Positions 60,079 to 64,000 of a DNA stretch of 64,000 bases are shown piece by piece. Made by a program: the position numbers and the translations under genes. Origin of the DNA: the human T2T-CHM13v2.0 reference genome, Homo sapiens. The first letter of the stretch is position 1; every line of letters begins with the position of its first letter. The stretch lies in assembly GCF_009914755.1 (NCBI RefSeq), contig NC_060929.1. One strand, 5' to 3'. The notes beneath the pieces are model-generated. The model saw nothing but the letters and a program-made list of their open reading frames with translations, was not told the DNA's origin and made no database searches.

Positions 60079-63000
60079 GACAGCAAAGTTTCAGGACACA
60101 AAGTCAACATGCAAAAACCAGTAGCATTTCTACATAAATAATTAACCATCTGAAAAGAAAATCAAGAAAATGATCTCATTTATAATAGTATCAGAAAGAC
60201 TAAAATATTCGAAAACAAATTTAACCAATGAGGTAAAATAACTATACACATGAAAAACTAAAAGCATTAATTTAAAAAATTGAAGGCACAACTAAATGAA
60301 AAGATATCTTATTTTCATAAATTAGAAGAGTATGGTTAAAATACATTACTCAAGGAAATGTACAGATTCAATGCAATCTCTATCAAAATTCCAAAGGTAT
60401 TTTTTGCAGAAATAGAAAAAAATCCTAAAATTTGTGTGAAAACACAAAAGGCCCCAAATAGCCAAAGCAATCTTCAGTAATAGAACAAAGCTGGTAATAT
60501 TAGGCTGCCCATTTTCAAAAGATGCTACACAAAGCAACATACTGCTGATGTATAAGCAGACAACAGATCAATGAAACAGAATATAGAGCTCAGAAATAAG
60601 GTCATGCATTTACAGTCTATTTTCAACAAATGTGCCAAGAATATACAATGGGGAAAGAGTAGCCTCCTAAATAAATAGTGTTGGAGAAACTGTATATCCA
60701 TATGTAGAAGAATGGAATTAAACCCTTATCTGAACATTTTATACAAAACTCAGTTCAAACTAGAATAAATTTATAAACAGAAGACCTGAACTTGTGAAAC
60801 AACTAGAAGAACAAATAGGAGGAAAATTCTATGACATTGGTGTAGGCAATGATTTTTTGAATATGACCTCAAAAGCACAGGTAAGAAAAGCAAAAATCGA
60901 CAAATGAGATTACATGAAACTAAAAAGCCTCTGCATAGCCAAGAAAACAATCAACAGGGTGAAGAGATAACTCATGGATTAGGGAAAAAATACTTGCAAA
61001 CCGTATATCTAGTAAGGAATTAATATCCTATATATAAGGAACTTAATAGAAAGCAAAATATATAAGGAACTTAAATATTCCAATTAAAAGTGGACAAAGA
61101 ACCTGAATAGACATTTAGCAAAAGAAGTTACACAAATGGCCAGATATGTGAAACAATGTTCAACATCACTAATCATCAGAGAATTGCAAGTGAAAACTAT
61201 AACAAGATATCACCCCACTCCTGTTAGAATGGCTACTTAAAGACAAAACAAGTGTTAGTTGGACTCTGTTAGTTAGACAGTTAGTTGGACAAGTGTTAGT
61301 TAGATTAGTACAGCCAATACTGAAAATATTGTGGAAGTTTTTCTAAACAATAGAGATAAAACTATCATATGATCTAGTAATTCCACTTTAGGTATATATC
61401 CAAAGGAAATGAAGTCAATATCTCAAATGGAACTCTGCACTCTCATATTCCTTGCATCATTATTTGCAGTTGTCAAGATATGGAATCAACCTATGTGACC
61501 ATCAAGGAATGAGTAAAGAAAAATGATATATATACATAACGGAATACTATTAACCTTTAAAAAGGAAGAGAAATTCTATCATTTGAGACAACATGGATGA
61601 ACTTGGAAGTCATTACATTAAATAAGCCAGGCACAGAAAGGCAAATATTACATAATGTAGCTTATATATAGAATAAAAAAAAATTGAGCTCAAAGAAGCA
61701 CGGAAGAAAATGATGGTTACCAGGGGCTGGGACGGGGACTGGAGAGATGTTGTTTGGTCAAATGATACAAAATTTCAGTTAGCTAGAGGTAATAAGTTTA
61801 AGAATTCTAATGTATAACACACTGACTATCATTAGTAACAATGTCTTATATTCTTGAAAATCACTAAGAGTAGATTTTAAGTGTTCTCACCACAAAAAAA
61901 AGGTGTTTGAAGAAATACATATGTTAGTTTGATGTAGCCATTCCACCATGCATACTTATTTTAAAATATGCTGTACAAAGGAATACGTACAATGTTAACT
62001 CATCAATTAAAACAGCATGAAGAAAAGGTTTAAAATATTTTAAAGAATAATCCCAAAATTTTAGGAATAAAAGGGGAATATTAAGACGTGAAATATAAAA
62101 ATCAATTGCATTTGCATATACTAACAACAATTATAAAATAAATAAATAAATTTTTGAAACCACTGAAATTGGAATTCAAACAACATTAGATATCTAGGAA
62201 TAAATAACAGGAGATACACAACATTCCTCAGAAAACTAGAAAATATTACTGAGATAAACTAAAGAACACCAAAATACATGAAAAGTTATTTAATGTTCAT
62301 GAATTAGATGCCTTACTATTTTACGGATGTCATTTCTCTTCCACGTTGCTATATAGGCTCAGTATAATATCAGTAAAAATAATATCAGGGATTTTTTTTT
62401 TCTGTAGAAACTGACAAGCTGATTTTAAAGAATACAGTAAGAGAGTCTATTCTGCCAGAAATCAAGACAAATTAGCTACAGAAATTAAAACAGAATGATA
62501 TCGGTAGGGAGTTGATAAATTGATCAGTCGAACAGCCTATAGAGTCTCAGAACAAGTGGATACATATTCAGTCACTTGACTTATAGAAATGAAGTTTTGT
62601 CAATAAATGGTTCCAGCACAATTGCCCTAGTTGTAAAGCTCATCTGCTACCTTAAATCATAAACATTCAATTTCTATTTGATCATGGATCTAAATATGAA
62701 AAAAAACAAATTTCTAGAAAATAATATGTAGGAGAATATCTTCTCTGATAGATAAACATCTGATCTTGAGGTAGGTAGGTAGGCAAATAATTGTCAAACA
62801 GGGCACAAACAGCACTAACCATAAGAAAACAGAATGGTAAGTTGGACTTCATTAATATTCATCTATCAATTTTTTAAAATTATCTACTTGTAAAGAATAA
62901 GTAAATTGGAATTTGCAATCAGATATTGGAAATAAGGGAATATTGTCTTTTCTGTCACAACACATACATGCATGCACACACACATTCCTCTCTCCCTCTC

Positions 63001-63362
63001 TCCTTCCTAACTGCCCAGAAAACAAAAGACAAAACAATCTTATACACCAAATATAATGGTCCTTGATTATACATGAATTGACAATATTTTGTAAGCAAAA
63101 TCATGTTCATATTTAGATAGATAATTAAATTACAATTTGCTTAAATTCATGGACTATCTCAGGCTTTTCCAGGTGATCAATTTGACTTGACTAGCAGTAA
63201 GATTCATACCATCCTTAATCCACGGGACTCCAAACAGAAACTCAAGGCTAAGTGAGAAAGGTCTTGTGAGGAGGTAAGTAACACTCAAGTTCACATAGGC
63301 CTACAATCTAACTCAAGACAGCACCCAAACCACAGAGTGCGATTTAAGACTACAAATTAGAA

Positions 63363-63734
63363 GGCTGGGCATAGTGGCTCAAACCTGTAATCCCAGCACT
63401 TGTGGAGGCCAAGGTGGGCAGATCACCTGAGGTCAGGAGTTCGAGACCAGCCTGGCCAACATGGTGAAGCTTTGTTTCTACTAAAAATACAAAAATTAGC
63501 TGGGCGTGGTGGCAGGCACCTATAATCCCAGCTACTCGGGAGGCTGAGTCAGGAGAATTGCTTGAACCCGGCGGGTGGAGGTTGCAGTGAGCCGAGATTG
63601 TGCCACTTCACTCCAGCCTTGGCGAAAGAGTGAAACTCCGTCGAAGAAGAAGAGGAGGAAGAGGAAGAAAAGGAGAAGAAGAGAAAAGAAGAAGAAGACG
63701 AAGAAGAAGAAGAAGGAAGAAGAAGAAGAAAACA
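63363..63734 (+). mobile_element. AluS with GAA-rich tail
   Basis: Full Alu; TSD ACTACAAATTAGAA at 63349-63362 and 63735-63748. Confidence 0.95.
63643..63732 (+). repeat. Imperfect (GAA)n/(GAG)n polypurine tract
   Basis: About 90 nt of purines with a single C. Confidence 0.95.
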
Positions 63735-64000
63735 ACTACAAATTAGAATAGGTAAGGTACCTGGGAATAGAGGCAGCAGGAGGAAGCCTGCAATGTTTGT
63801 GTTTCTTGGCATGTGACTCAGTAGTTAAATATAATTTGGGATGTCTGAGGGGGTTAGAAATTGCAATTTGGAATCAGCCCCAGGACTCCTCCTATCCAAT
63901 TTTACCAGGAATAGGCTAATATTTTGTACCATATCTTCCTCCTGTGTTTTTTTCCCAAGTTATAAAGTTAATGGGGAAAGAGGGATGATCAGTTATTGTA

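Overview
AT-rich primate (almost certainly human) intergenic or intronic DNA made mostly of interspersed repeats. I found no credible cellular protein-coding exon and no CpG island outside an L1 5'UTR. The long ORFs are broken L1 ORF1/ORF2 pieces, an ERV-L dUTPase remnant, or Alu/antisense artefacts. Main contents: a 5' tRNA-Cys half inserted between 21-bp duplications (1865-1937), a hairpin minisatellite, a complete old MaLR provirus, a 5'-inverted L1PA3-like element, and an ERV-L provirus deleted down to dUTPase plus 3' LTR with nested Alus and a MER4 LTR. Also present: a 119-bp local duplication, a full-length dead L1PA2-like element with a shortened but open ORF0, and an old L1M with nested Tigger and Alu insertions. 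The oddest observation is that the two young L1s, 39.9 kb apart, share six non-consensus substitutions, including FADD->LAED in the RT active site. Repeat family names come from recalled consensus sequences, not a database run. I see no evidence of a novel multi-gene system.
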